DNA from: Candidatus Yanofskybacteria bacterium RIFCSPHIGHO2_01_FULL_41_21
GTDB lineage: Bacteria > Patescibacteriota > Minisyncoccia > 2-02-FULL-40-12 > GWA2-44-9
Length of the DNA stretch: 64,000 nucleotides
Assembly: GCA_001794025.1 (NCBI GenBank)
Contig: MGJA01000008.1
Coordinates: forward strand, 358 to 64,357
Direction of reading: 5' to 3'
Shown here: positions 63,548-64,000 of the stretch, piece by piece
Numbering within the stretch: the stretch's first letter is position 1
Layout: every line of letters begins with the position of its first letter
Made by a program: the position numbers and the translations under genes
Notes under the pieces: model-generated
The model's input: only the letters and a program-made list of their open reading frames with translations
Database searches by the model: none
What the model was told of the DNA's origin: nothing

Positions 63548-64000
63548 AACCTGCCGAGCGATTGGCTTTGATTCTATCTTTTTCGGTTAAAAATCTCTTT
63601 CGGAGGCGGACGCTGGCAGGTGTAATTTCCAAAAAGTCGTCTTCAACCATAACTTCCAAACCGCGTTCAAGGGTTAAAGTGTAGGGTGGAGCCAGCATAA
63701 CATTGTCATCCGAGCCGGCAGCACGCATATTAGTGAGTTTTTTGCCTTTGATTGGATTGACGGTCATATCATCTCCTTTTGAAGTATCGCCAATAACCAT
63801 ACCAGCATAGACCTCGGTATTAGCGGAAATATAGAGCCGACCGCGCGCTTGGAGATTATCTAGAGCGTAAGCGAGTGTTTTGCCCGTCTCACCGGAGACC
63901 ATAGAGCCAACAGCCCGTTTTCTGATATCGCCGGCGTGTGGCTCAAAATCAATAAATCGGCTAGAGAGAATCCCCTCGCCTTTGGTATCAATTACGAATT
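63546..64000 (-). CDS. typA: translational GTPase TypA/BipA, C-terminal part (partial, runs off window)
   Basis: GMVIGDTSKGDDMTVNPIKGKKLTNMRAAGSDDNVMLAPP...RLRKRFLTEKDRIKANRS BipA C-terminal domain; frame open to window edge. Confidence 0.85.
   Translation of the reverse strand, partial: FVIDTKGEGILSSRFIDFEPHAGDIRKRAVGSMVSGETGKTLAYALDNLQARGRLYISANTEVYAGMVIGDTSKGDDMTVNPIKGKKLTNMRAAGSDDNVMLAPPYTLTLERGLEVMVEDDFLEITPASVRLRKRFLTEKDRIKANRSAG

Overview
This is an AT-rich bacterial fragment in the standard genetic code, with compact housekeeping operons consistent with a reduced-genome (possibly Patescibacteria/CPR-like) organism; the lineage call is inference. The main accessory feature is a giant tail-fibre-like surface protein carrying a split mini-intein, on a ~16 kb non-syntenic stretch after tRNA-Trp, plus at least ten families of small structured repeats and MITE-like elements.

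Housekeeping content: rplY-rpmE-prfA, rpsB-tsf, a thr-tyr-thr tRNA cluster, rpmG plus tRNA-Trp, rplJ-rplL, mraZ-rsmH-ftsL-ftsI-murF, rplU, recR, dnaB, cysS, mntH, hrcA-grpE-dnaK-dnaJ behind a CIRCE-like operator, efp, a znuBC-like pair, fmt-def, priA, gltX, typA.

- **Giant surface protein (7032..13712, 2226 aa):** N-terminal HTH, one TM helix, Gly/Thr/Ser/Asn-rich beta-repeats with a recurring GNVGIGTT motif, and a C-terminal peptidase-S74 intramolecular-chaperone (ICA) domain. It ends in the N-terminal half of a mini-intein (CVTGDT...TKNHPYLV).
- **Split intein:** the matching C-terminal half (...WTKVSELRPGMKIAV...VYDIEVEGTHNFIGNDIFAHN|T) opens the gene at 16046. The halves are separated by a 2.3 kb insertion at the canonical homing-endonuclease position.
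- **Inserted module:** three genes: an unknown ORF, a Zn-ribbon/HTH + PD-(D/E)xK-like nuclease, and a four-helix-bundle protein of the IVS/Avd family.
- **DNA-level repeats in this locus:** a GC-rich 14-25 nt repeat (GGCAAYGTCGGCAYCGGGAC) and ~40 nt direct/inverted copies recur through the fibre gene 3' part and every gene of the module, in different reading frames. This points to a recombination or diversification role.
- **Other notable items:** a PaaX-like/Cas2-fold gene flanked by a 'gtgcatatgcac' palindrome family; a ~110 nt cassette abutting four start codons; inverted ~95 nt elements bracketing tRNA-Val-mraZ-rsmH; an RF1 lacking domain 1; a PriA with degenerate ATPase motifs; a DnaJ truncated next to a MITE cluster; and a GC-rich noncoding stretch that may be an RNA gene.
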